Made by a program: the position numbers and the translations under genes | From: Eledone cirrhosa | Lineage: Eukaryota | DNA length: 64,000 bases | NCBI GenBank assembly: GCA_964016885.1 | Contig: OZ024743.1 | Location: 260,772,001-260,836,000, forward strand | Direction: 5' to 3' | The notes under the pieces: generated by a model | What the model saw: only the letters and a program-made list of their open reading frames with translations | Database searches by the model: none | Told to the model about the DNA's origin: nothing | Shown here: positions 26,110 to 39,013 of the stretch, one piece after another | Position numbering within the stretch: position 1 is the first letter of the stretch | Layout: each line of letters opens with the position of its first letter

Positions 26110-27180
26110 AAGAATGGTATTTAACTAATGTATCGGTACGCGATGGGGCCCACCCACAGCCCCGGCGGACAGAATGGAGAAGGCGTTTCCCCGGAGGACG
26201 GCAAGGGAGACGCGCTGGAAAAGCCACTCCAATTCGCGGGGCTCACACCTGCGACTGGCCAGCTCAGCGCCTATGGTGGTGAGTAAGGAGGTAGCCCTGG
26301 GGCCGAGGACACCAGAAGTCTCCACTGCCTAGGGAACGACCGCAAACCTGTCGGAGAGCGACCAGTATTTGAGGAGTTTGGCCCCCTCAGCCTGACGTGC
26401 AGCAGAACCTGGGTCAATCGCAGACTGCACCAGGTTTCGGCTGCAGAAAATGTCGGTGCAAGTGGCATCCTAGACGAGGGGTTTGCCACTGCGGAACGGG
26501 AAGATGGTCATGCCATCTGGCCTTTTGCCGTCCCCTCGATCCAGCCCCACCGGATCGAGCTGGGAAGGGAAGCTTGCAGCGTCCAAGCCATGCTTAATGA
26601 CCTCGTTGAGGGCAGCATGGCGTGGAATGCGGCCGGCACTGTGGCGACAGGAAAGCGCGTGGAAGCCGAAAGAGTCCACGGTGGAACCGCAGCGACATTG
26701 GTGTGGCTGGCAGATCCGGAGGCCGAGCCTCAGGGAAATGCCAATTCGCAGGCTATGATTGTCTAGCTGCGTGCCAGAGGAGAAGGAGGGCAGGGCATGG
26801 AGGCAGGCACCACTGAGGTGTTTGGAGGCCGCACGAAAACAAGCAAGGCGGTGCTGGTCGAGCTGGCGCGTGAGCCTGTCTGAGGCCAGGCTGCACTGGA
26901 TGGCATCCCAAGTGCGTTGGGAGAACTTGACGTCAACAGGAGGACAAGGAGGAGGGACGTCCACTGGGCTAAATCCCAGCCGGTCCTACGTCTCACAGGC
27001 GGCCTCACGTTCTCTGAATACAGAGGGTTCTGTTGTATTTTGAAGAACCCTGCTGACGAGGACGCGGCACGAGGTTACCGACGAAAGATACGCCGGCAAA
27101 GCTAGTGAGATCGGGGACCGGAGGTCAAGGCCGCCATACCTGACCGCTAAAGTGGCCTGTTGCCATTTTAATGTCAGCAT
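26110..27180 (-). mobile_element. 5'-truncated, frameshifted RLE-type (CRE-like) non-LTR retrotransposon fragment in the Dbx intron
   Basis: Successive frames give YGGLDLRSPISLALPAYLSS, CRCG..DSFGFHALSC..RHAALNEVI, GDGKRPDG and FQRVSLAVLRGNA. These are the post-RT, CCHC and restriction-like endonuclease motifs. The region is a GC-rich island; boundaries are approximate. Confidence 0.85.
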
Positions 27181-27210
27181 GAGTATGTCTCCATTGTCAA
27201 CAGATATATA

Positions 27211-27268
<58 letters not shown>

Positions 27269-29554
27269 AAGGTTCGCTGCTCTTTCTTCTAGCATAGAAA
27301 CGCTAATTCACATCATTGTTGTATTAAAAAATACATTGTTAAAGGATATGAATAGCTGAATACTATATTAGTTATTAGGCTTTATTCTGCATAAAAAAGC
27401 ATTATGTAATCTAATTTCTTAACTATATATATACACAAAAACTAAATACATGCCAAAGAGCAGGGCAGCTATTAAAATAATTAAATTTACAGCTCTCGTT
27501 AATGTAAGTTTCGATATCCTCCTTCATGATATTTAATAATATAGGCCGCAGTCCTATCATAAAATGCATTGTGATTTTAAATACAGACAATATGATATGA
27601 GATAATTGCCGTTGGTGACATAAATGAAGTGAAAATGTGTTTACGAGACGATGGAAATTGAAGTAGTCCTTGCGGATCGCCATCAACATATTTTGAACAT
27701 TGGGCTATTTGTCAGCAGTGTGTTTTTCATTTTATCTCATTTTCTCTTTGACCCGTCTTTAATAAATGTCATGAAAGGAAACAATCTCATCTCAGATATG
27801 TTAACACAATTACTGTACCCTAACTAACGCTAATGGAATGTAAACGTTTTTTTATCGACGTTCGCTTGTATAAGAAACTACAATCAGAATCTGTGATTTA
27901 TTACCTCCACTTATGTTTACTCTACTAACGATTGGTCGATATTATTCTTATAACACAACTGCTGCACTGTCGAAACTCTGATTTTAGTTGTTGTTGTTGT
28001 TGTAGCTGTTGTTGTTCAGATCTTTTCCAGTAGTTTCCAATACCTGGGCACGAGTAAACACACAACTAAATATAGTTTCAATCACTTCTTCTAGTCGACG
28101 AGTCTCTTTTAAACGTGGTCATTTGATTTACTAGAAACAGTAGCCAAGCCTCCCCAAATCGCACGCCATCATTTTTAATAAGTAAATTACATTAGATAAG
28201 TAGACCTACACACTTCTAAAACGACGGAAATTGTTATAGTTGGGGTGTTTATTATCGTATATCTGCTGGATCAGGATTAATATGGAACTAAACAAGAACA
28301 AGAACTCCTAACTTTAATAGTTGTGTTTATCCTTCATACAATTATATTATAGACACTTATTCTTCTGAATTTAGGCAAATGGAATGTTGAGTCAACATTC
28401 ACATAGTTCAGATACAGAAATGTATAATATATTGTTCCATAATGAAACGTCTGCATCGTCTGTTTCTCCAATATTGGAAAGGCAGACGACTTCTAACTAG
28501 ACTGGGAAATCGAGTGGGATCTGGATAAAGAAAAAGAAAACAAACGAAATCAAACGAAATCAAAATGGAAGAGGAGAATGCCAACAACGTTGTAAATTGT
28601 TTGTTGTTATAGAATCCATTATAGCAAAAGAGGCAACATCGTTTGTGACATTTCTTGTAAAGGTGGGGCATAGTGTAACAGCTGGCTCAGCGAAATGAAT
28701 GAAGCATGGCTAATCATTGATTAGACTGCTTTTATGTGAATTGGTGGCAGCTTAGGAGGAATAGCATACACAGCTTATTTCATTTAGCTACACTGTGCTG
28801 CTAATGCTACAGCATATATATCATTGACAAACAAAATGGACGCAAGCTGAGACAGACGCACTCAAAATAAGCTGTTAATAATAGATATTACAGCCTATTG
28901 TATTTCTTGTTTTCATTGGGTTTTAGTTTTATTTTTTATTTTAATATCGAATTGAATGTAGTCTCATAATAAGAGAGAATGAATTTTAAATACAAATCAT
29001 TTATAGAATATTGAAAAAAATGTTAACAATCACTGATTCATACATAGATCTGTAGATTGTATCTCGCCTCGATAATTCACACACTGAATATCTTACGTAT
29101 AAATAAGAAATCGTTATATCTGCTCACAAACATTTAAATTCTTTTTGCTTTTGCATGAATATGCTATTATCGTTGTTGTTGTTGTTTAGTCTTAGATCAA
29201 TCATGATCGAGCAGACCTATGATCAAAAACATGCCAGGCTTGACCATCTCATCGTTTTCCTTATCAAAAAATATATTCTTCCACGTATCTTTCAATGTGG
29301 GACTTCAGTGAAATTTGACAACTATTTTCAGAATTATTAGAGCGTCGTTTTAAATATTTCGACAATTATTTCTGCTCTATCGTTCTGAGTTCGAATCCCG
29401 CCGATTTTAACTTTACTTTTCATTCTAAGAAATAAAGAACCTGACCAAGTGAGATAGATTGACGGGATTGTTAAAACCTTAGACAGGATGCATTGTTGTG
29501 TCTATTCCAGCATTGTGCGTTCTTAGTTAAAATTCCGTCTTTTATCGCCGAAAA

Positions 29555-29639
29555 AGCTGTGTCGCTTTTACGAGGTGCCACCAACCGATGGTATAGCGGA
29601 TACCATCGGTTGGTAGCACCTCGTAAAAGCGCCACAGCT
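29555..29639. other. Near-perfect 40-bp-arm hairpin in the Dbx intron
   Basis: AGCTGTGTCGCTTTTACGAGGTGCCACCAACCGATGGTAT-agcgg-ATACCATCGGTTGGTAGCACCTCGTAAAAGCGCCACAGCT, with two mismatches. Confidence 0.9.
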
Positions 29640-29767
29640 GTAATATTAATATATCAGTGTCCATAGTACCTGTAACCATATTTACTTAAAACCATTCATT
29701 CATGACAAGACATCTAAATAAAATGTGATAAATATTTGACTGATCTTTTTGTTTTTTATCTTGATAG

Positions 29768-30088
29768 GTAAAAATATGGTTCCAAAACAGAAGAATGAAA
29801 TGGAGGAATTCGAAGGAAAGAGAACTTTTATCTTCGGGTGGTACCAGAGAATCAACATTACCGAACAAAAATAATCCAAATCCGGATTTAAGCGATGTTG
29901 GTAAAGGGGAAGAATCCGACGACATAGACGGATCGCCAAAGAACGATAATTCTAAAGATCTAGATTCCATTTCCCGCGAATTAAGTCCTTCGGTACATAG
30001 TCCAACGTCTTCATTTCAAGAAGAACACAATCTGGACATAAATATCTCGGAGAGTGACAGCGAAGATGAAGAAATAAATGTATCGTAG
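29768..30088 (+). CDS. Dbx: Dbx homeobox gene, last coding exon (helix 3 and acidic C-terminus)
   Basis: Acceptor TTGATAG ending 29767. Phase-0 continuation VKIWFQNRRMKWRNSKERELLSSGGTRESTLPNK...EEINVS*; KWRNSKERELLSSGG is the Dbx-specific post-homeodomain motif. Confidence 0.95.
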   Translation, partial: VKIWFQNRRMKWRNSKERELLSSGGTRESTLPNKNNPNPDLSDVGKGEESDDIDGSPKNDNSKDLDSISRELSPSVHSPTSSFQEEHNLDINISESDSEDEEINVS

Positions 30089-30220
30089 AACAGATGTGAT
30101 ACGGAAGAGAGATTAGGAAAAAAGAGGAGTGGGAAGAAAAACAGCTATGAGCACAACAGATGTGATACGGAAAAGAGGTTGAGAAGAGAGAGAAGAAATA
30201 AAAACAGCTATGAGCACAAC
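30089..30220 (+). repeat. ~65-bp tandem duplication at the start of the Dbx 3' UTR
   Basis: AACAGATGTGATACGGAA…AAACAGCTATGAGCAC occurs twice. Confidence 0.8.
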
Positions 30221-30519
30221 AAAAAAATGACAGTTCCTAATTCATTCAATTGGTTTATCATTTTACTCTTTTGTATCGATCCATTTTTTTTCTGGACATA
30301 TCAAGGAACAGAAAAATCAATTGAAACATGTGGCATTTTTTTATTCTAAAGAAAACCAAGAATTTCTCTCAAAGACATTATTTATTTTTAGTTAATTTGT
30401 TTTTAATTTGTACTATTTATTATGAGTTTTTACGAGACCAAGAATCGAATGAAATATTTTGGTTGAAAGTGAGAAAAAAAATTAAACGCTTCATTATTTA
30501 TTTATATATTTATTTGTTT

Positions 30520-30555
<36 letters not shown>

Positions 30556-32017
30556 TTTTGTGTTAATAATTTATCCTATGAAAAGGATAAAAAAAAATAG
30601 TGGACAGTTTGATGATGCCGTTAAATGGGAACAGATATTTTTAATGAATATACCTTATTTATTTTATGTGAAGAATCGAACTTTAAATATATTCATCCAT
30701 CTGTCAAAATTCTTTGCACAAAATTTTAAGGAGGGAAAATATTGAACATGAAAATATCTTGCTTACGGCAACATCTTTCTGAATTTGAAGATATTGTAAT
30801 ATTTCAAAAGGAAACAATTTAAAAGGAAGCAGATTAATTCCACGATGAATTGATTCGTCTTCCCTATTTTCCGGTTTTCAAATTCAGTCTGACTTTAAAA
30901 GAGTAATTGCATTAAATTACGCAAAACAACGCATTAAATGCACTTTAAAGACCTCGGTAGCAAGAAATTTAGAAAGGAATATTTCAACAATTTCACGAAA
31001 CTATGGAAGTCCATTAGCATCATCAAGATGTGCAGGAAAGATACTTGGTTTTAAGTTAAAGAAATCGTGAAAAATCGGAATGTTTATCTTCATTTGAATG
31101 TTTCACAATTTTACAAATTGCCATGTTGGAACTGTTGCATTATTCTTAAATCCATCAATTATCCGGACAATGATGTGATATCTTATAATACAAAATACTG
31201 GATATAAAAACGGTTTCAGAACCTATTCAGTTATGAATAAAACTATCACAAAACACTCAGCCCGTCAGACTTTGGCTAAAAGATTCGAATACAGGACTCT
31301 AATACATACTTATACTGAGTCATTGCATATACTCAGTATTCAAGGAATAATACGGTAATGATGTGCTATAGACTGGATCTTAAACTGATCGGAAAACTGA
31401 AACTAACAAAAAATATATTAGTATTGATATAATTATCTGAAAAAAAGACAGAATATACAAAAAAGTGTGTGGGCCTCCAACGATTTGTTATATATTCTCA
31501 CCCTAAACACTTTATAGAAAAAAAACATAAAGCATCACATGCAATACAAAGACATTAGATGTATGTAATGTATAATATATGTGATCAGAAACCATTGACT
31601 AAATGCAATATTACTGCTGTTTCAAACATTCTCATAAACTAAGGGGGAAGGTTATACAAACTAAACTGACTTCGAAATAATATAAAACATAAGACAACAA
31701 ACAATCGGTGCATCCATATTCTGTAATAAAGTACGGTTAGACAGAGACTATAACAATGCGGCAATCTATAAATAATAAAAAGTCAGTCATGTAACAATGT
31801 TAACAGACGCTATATACTTTCGTTTGCAAGTTGGTTTCACTATTTAGAGTTTAATTTATTTTTTAAAGCAAAAATGTTAAAATATGTGGATGTATGGATT
31901 GTAAAAACAATGCATTAACATTACTTCATACAAACATATATTAAAATCACTATACAAAGATACAGACATTCATAAACATACTCACACACACTATATACAT
32001 GTACATATATATATATA

Positions 32018-32098
<81 letters not shown>

Positions 32099-32101
32099 TT
32101 A

Positions 32102-32177
<76 letters not shown>

Positions 32178-32790
32178 CATACATACATACATAAAATTTA
32201 GCTTTAATGTGTTCTAGAACGCAACCTTTATATATATATACACATATATATATATGTATGTATATATATGTGTGTATATGTGTATATATATATATATAAG
32301 TGTATATGTATATATACATACATATATGTATATATATATATATTGTTATATTTGGGAATGGTTATGTTGCCAATTTTGCCAATAAGAAACACACGTACTA
32401 TTTGCTTTTCGCTTCACCATTATTATTTGTTAGTTCGTCAAAGTCCTTTCGTCACACATTCTATGACCTCCTCAATGACTATTTGAGTTCCTCTGTGTCT
32501 TCTCTTCTTTTTGGTATTTTAATAACTCCGTCTAAATAAGACCACACAGAAGAGGAGGCATAAAGGTGTTCAATCTGTTCATCGAGGAGGTCACAGAATG
32601 TGTGACGAAAAGACTTTAAAGAATTAATAACTAATAATAAATCTGAAGTGAAAAATCTTTTAGTGCGTGTGTTTTTTTTTATTGGAAACATGACCATCCA
32701 CCAAATATAACAATATCTGATACACGATTTCACATCAAGAATCTTGCAAAACAAATATGTTTATATGATATGTATGTGTATATATATATA

Positions 32791-32828
<38 letters not shown>

Positions 32829-32831
32829 CGT

Positions 32832-32969
<138 letters not shown>

Positions 32970-32970
32970 G

Positions 32971-33002
<32 letters not shown>

Positions 33003-33010
33003 TGTATATG

Positions 33011-33057
<47 letters not shown>

Positions 33058-33058
33058 G

Positions 33059-33154
<96 letters not shown>

Positions 33155-33178
33155 TGTATATATATATATGTATATACA

Positions 33179-33243
<65 letters not shown>

Positions 33244-33527
33244 CTGGCAGCAAAAGGAAATGTAAATAACTATTTTTATCATAATTTATACCTTGTTTAA
33301 TCCACCAAATTGTTCTTCTGTTCCCTAAACGTCTGTCTTTATCCCTCATATTTACCAATCGTTTTTCTTTGATATTTACACTAAACTCTGTATTTATTAC
33401 ATTAATTATTTCCCTTTACATCGTCATTTAAAATATTTATTGCAAATGGAATTGTCTTCTTTGTTCTTTTTTACATTCTTTTTCAGTTTATTACATACAC
33501 AGATACATGGTTGCGGGCACGCATATA

Positions 33528-33633
<106 letters not shown>

Positions 33634-34001
33634 TGTTTGTGTGTTTGCGTGCGTGTGGATGATAGAGCGAAAGTGGGAGGCGGGGTTGTCAATATGACTC
33701 AGCCAGAGAAATGCTTGTGAAATGTTCAGCAACTTGCACGCTAAATTCAAGAGAAGTGTATTTCGTTGATCGAACAATATTCATCGTCAAAACCGAAGGC
33801 TATCCAACACACACACACATACATACGCTTATATATATATATATATATAGTGGAAGTTACTTATTGCGATCATTTTTGGACGGAACTTTTTAAAAAATCA
33901 AAGGCTGACTATATTATATCTTCAAGATTTGATATCAATATATAATTGGTGACTTTTACTTGATTATAATAAGATTTCCAATATATATATATATATATAT
34001 A

Positions 34002-34196
34002 TAGGGTGGGCCAAAAGTCACTTCTTACCTAAAACACTACAAATTAAATCAAAATTATTTTTTTTATCTTTAAATAAAATTTCATAATTGGATCATGTTT
34101 TAATTCAACTTTAATCTGAAAGAAAAAATATATATTCTAATAATAAAAAGAACTATGAATTTTTTTTTAATAGGAAGTGACTTTTGGCCAACCATG
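34002..34196. mobile_element. Tc1/mariner-type MITE
   Basis: Imperfect TIRs AGGGTGGGCCAAAAGTCACTTC / GAAGTGACTTTTGGCCAACCATG flanked by TA. Confidence 0.7.
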
Positions 34197-34438
34197 TATA
34201 TAATGTATCTTACTTTCGTAATAGATATCCAAAGTTGGTAGAGCACTCATCCTGAGGAACGAGTTAGAGTTTACTGATATTTATTACATCTTATGTCACC
34301 TGCCGGAGACACGTGTTTCATTGTTGTCAAATCATCAGTCTAGCCATTTTGGAATGGTTGTGTTTCTTAATTTGACTTTCTATAAAAGATTTATTTATAT
34401 ATATAGAGAGTGAGACAGAGAGAGTGTGTGTGTGTGTA

Positions 34439-34475
<37 letters not shown>

Positions 34476-34545
34476 GTGTGTGTGTATGTGTGTGTTCAAC
34501 ACCATTTTAATAAAAGTGTGTATACAATTTTGGGGACACCCTCAT

Positions 34546-34622
<77 letters not shown>

Positions 34623-34817
34623 AAAAGTACTGATAGAGTTGTATGACCGTTTTGGGGACAAAAGATATATTTTGGACATTTAAAGCTCATGCAGCCAAAT
34701 CCCTCTTACCACGAAAGATTTCTTCCTGTGAAACAGGAATTTATCTTGTGAAACACAATTTATCTTACACAAACACCGACACACACAAACGTATGTATGT
34801 ATATGTGTATATACATA

Positions 34818-34997
34818 TAATTGTTTCTACTTTAGGCACAAGGCCAGCAATTACCCAGTGCATTACTGGTACTTTATTTTATCGACCCCGTAAGAATGAA
34901 AGGCAAAGTCAACCTCGGCGGGATTTGAACTCAGATCGTAAAGGGACGTAACTATGCTGGAAAGCATGGCGTCCGACCCTCTACTGATACTGCCAAT
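34818..34997 (-). mobile_element. Same SINE family
   Basis: Reverse complement of head and core. Confidence 0.85.
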
Positions 34998-35627
34998 ATA
35001 TACATATAATGATTTATAATTAAATTAAAACTTAATTAAACTATGTTTAATATTTTTAATAAAATCAAACTTTAATATTGTTTACTAAAGACATTTTTCT
35101 CATTCTAAAAAATTAAAGGGAAGGTATGTTTATTCTGGAAACTCCAGACCTTTATTACTACATGCAAAGATTGAACAATGTTACACATACTCAGGCTTTT
35201 ATAACGATCAATTTGTTGACTGCGGACATGATGTATGCATGTATGTATGTATATATATATAGAAGTAGTTCCACAACAGTTAGTTCACCATTACCGAGAA
35301 ATATTATTTCACCTTATTCAGATATGTGCAAAGAGACATCTAAACAGTTTAGATGTATCTTTGCACAAAGAAGCTCGCGAGATGTCGAAAAAGAGTCGGG
35401 TCCCGTTATCTTGATTGAACCCTGAGCTGATCGATATCGAAATAATTGTAATATGTAAATAAAGTTATTACATATGCTGCAACACTGACTTCGACTCCTT
35501 TAAATCTATTTATACTCTGCATACTACAGCCGTAACACTGGAATACAACCCAAACGAAACGGAGCTCATAACAGCATTGGGGGCTTCGAACGGCGTGCCC
35601 GCCTTTAACTGTTATTACACACCTAAC

Positions 35628-35707
<80 letters not shown>

Positions 35708-35920
35708 AATGTGAAGACTAAAATCCAAAGAGGGCTCGATAAGGATAAATATATATCAAATATATAAGAACCACAGAGCAAACATTTATTAAAATAACAT
35801 ATTAAAGTTTAAACAAAGAATCGCTGCTTTCATACTTTACGGGATCTTCTGAAACTAAAAGAAGATCCCGTTAAGGGTGAAAGCAGCGATTCTTTTCTTA
35901 AACTTTAATCTGTTATTTTA

Positions 35921-35966
<46 letters not shown>

Positions 35967-36036
35967 CTGATTTCTGTAGTAATCGTCTTTTAAAATAAGG
36001 TCAATGGTACACACACGAAATCACATGTCTATATAA

Positions 36037-36090
<54 letters not shown>

Positions 36091-36435
36091 GAATGGTAGC
36101 TTCTTTCACTTAATAATTCTTGCGAAACGGATTTAGATCTGTCCGGGTATCAAAGGCATAGGTTTGTTATTTTTATTATATATTATATATATATTTATTA
36201 TATAGGTTTGTTATTTTTATTGATTTATTACTTTAATTCGAGACAGGCAAACCATATTGTTTTAAATTAGTATTTTATCAACCTAGTTAACTTGGTCATT
36301 GCAATTTGAACACATGTATACTTGTATCGGTGTTCATCCCTCTCATATATTCAATTATATCACACGCCTCGGAAAGATTCCCTTCCTTGAGCTATTTAAT
36401 TGTAAAAGATTATTTTGAGTTTCTAACTCAATCTA

Positions 36436-36498
<63 letters not shown>

Positions 36499-36875
36499 AG
36501 GGGTAGTGTAGTTAATATGAAGCATTGTGAGATATGTAGTAAATGATGACATGAATTTTTTAAAACCCGGTACAATGCCGTAGAATATATATATATATGG
36601 TAAATGAAACAAAGTAGAATATATATATATATGGTAAATGAAACAAAACAAAACAAAGTAAAGTAATTTACCCACTGTATTTTGCATGATATTTCAGGAC
36701 TATTACCAACTTTTTAGATGCATGGCTGAAACAGACCAACATAAAATAAACAAACCATTGCAGTTTTCTTTTCTTTAGAGAAAACTCTTTAGAGATTTCT
36801 GTAGTCATCACCCTTTAAAGTAAGTTCGATTGTACACATATTAACACTCACATGTGTATATATATACTAATACCC

Positions 36876-36951
<76 letters not shown>

Positions 36952-37012
36952 GTGTGTGTACGTATGTATGTATGTATGTATATACATGTATCTATCTATA
37001 TATATATAGGTA

Positions 37013-37081
<69 letters not shown>

Positions 37082-37405
37082 CGGGCCCCCACCAAATTTT
37101 AATCAGAAGGCAAGCTCAAAAGATATTTTTACAAAGTACGAGGTTGCTGAACTAAACCTGGGATCATGTAGTTGCAAAATACTCACCTTGATGTAACAAA
37201 CCTTGATGTAACAAACATACCATTTTAACCAAATAATAATTCTTTGACTACATTTCATGTAAAGATATTTAAATACGCCAGTTTCTTCTTGTTACTCCGG
37301 CCAGCACTGTATTTCATTTTATATTTATTTAAATCAATTAGAATATTTTCTTTCAAATTTTCTTTAATCACTATCAAACATATATCCAATAAATTACGAT
37401 GACTA

Positions 37406-37456
<51 letters not shown>

Positions 37457-37724
37457 CTCTTTCTCTCTTCATATATATATATTTATATATAAAACAGAAG
37501 TAACATTCAAAGACCAACCAGATGTGAGAAAACCCACAAACCCTCCATCTCAATTCTACTTTTGAAAAGCAGAAGAGCTGCGAAACCGGTAAAGGAACCA
37601 AATAAATATATTTAAAAAAAAAGACACCAGTTGCATTTTCGATTTCATCTTTTTTCTTTATACTTTCACTCGTGTAGGACAGCTCGGTTTTTTTTTTCAT
37701 TTTTTCATTTAAAAAACCTCACTC

Positions 37725-37795
<71 letters not shown>

Positions 37796-38305
37796 TAAAC
37801 GGAATAGAAAATGCTGACAAATTGTTCACAGTTGAAAAATGGTTTAATTAGGAATAAAAGAGTATTAGTGATTGTATGGGTTAGTATTCAGTTGTGGTTT
37901 TAAGTTTTTAAGTTTTTACCGGTTGCGCATTTCTAAATGCTATTCAAAAATAATTTTGAGATAGAGTGTCCGTGCTGTTTGCTCTGATCTGATTAGTTTT
38001 GGGAATTCTACCTGTTTTTATATATATATATATATAGATAGATATAGATATATAATATAGAAAAGGCTTCTACAGGACTAGAACTGTTTCATTCGGGAGA
38101 AATCATCCGGAAGCCTGAATGAAACAGTTCTAGTCCTGTAGAAGCCTTTTCAATATTAAATATGTATACTCTGCTTTGTATTGAGTACTTTACTTACTGT
38201 GGTTACCCTCGATTGAACCCGGGATAAACTTATATATATATATATATATCAAATTACAAAATATGAGGAAATAATAGACAAAAATATACCTATTTTTTAT
38301 TCAAA

Positions 38306-38397
38306 GTCCCGACTGCAGTTTCCCGATCCGTGTGTACCGATTTCTGCACTTTAAAAGTGCATCATCGCTGTGAGGTTGATACGGCTTATCAAGAGAC
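38306..38397 (-). ncRNA. Type I hammerhead-like motif (TTGATAA core variant)
   Basis: GTCTC-TTGATAA-GCCG…CGG-GAAAC TGCA GTC-GGGAC. Confidence 0.5.
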
Positions 38398-38607
38398 CCC
38401 TCAGAAAAACGGACTGTTTCTTGACGCGTTTATAGCAAGTTAGAAAGTCTCAGAAGCGGAGGGAGGGATTAACACGTGATACAGTGGTCAATATATATTC
38501 AAACTGCTATTGGGGTTCGTACTTAGTTGTTGTTATTTTTGTTCTTGTCCAAAGATAGATACATTGGTAAATACACATATATAGATAGCTATTGATAGAC
38601 AGGTGTG

Positions 38608-38749
<142 letters not shown>

Positions 38750-39013
38750 TGTTTCTTTTATTTGCCACTAGGGCATCAAAAGTGGGACAAGTACAAAGGG
38801 GGGAGTTTACACAAAAAGGCGTCCTCAATAAGGAGGAGGCAATAACAAAATATAAAAATAAAATAAGATATAACAAAAAATAAAATTTTTAACAAAATCC
38901 TCAATAGAGAGGAGGCGCCTTGGGGGGTCGCACACACCCCCGAAAAAAGTGTGCAACCCTTCTCCTCAGGAGCACAGAGAAGGGGTGCTCCCTTGGTCTT
39001 TCATCTTCCTCAC

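Noticed and set aside
33660-33720. Promoter-like GC box and TGACTCA
   Set aside because: These are short motifs with no associated gene or other support.
38955-38975. Hammerhead in the Tx1 3' UTR (CTGAGGA on the - strand)
   Set aside because: There is no GAAA or helix III partner, and the motif is absent from copy 2.
38900-39013. 37-codon ORF after the proposed Tx1 acceptor (GEE…RVAHF…) in both copies
   Set aside because: Amino-acid similarity is patchy and explained by the conserved RNA stems, and the phase does not match the donor in the ORF1 frame.
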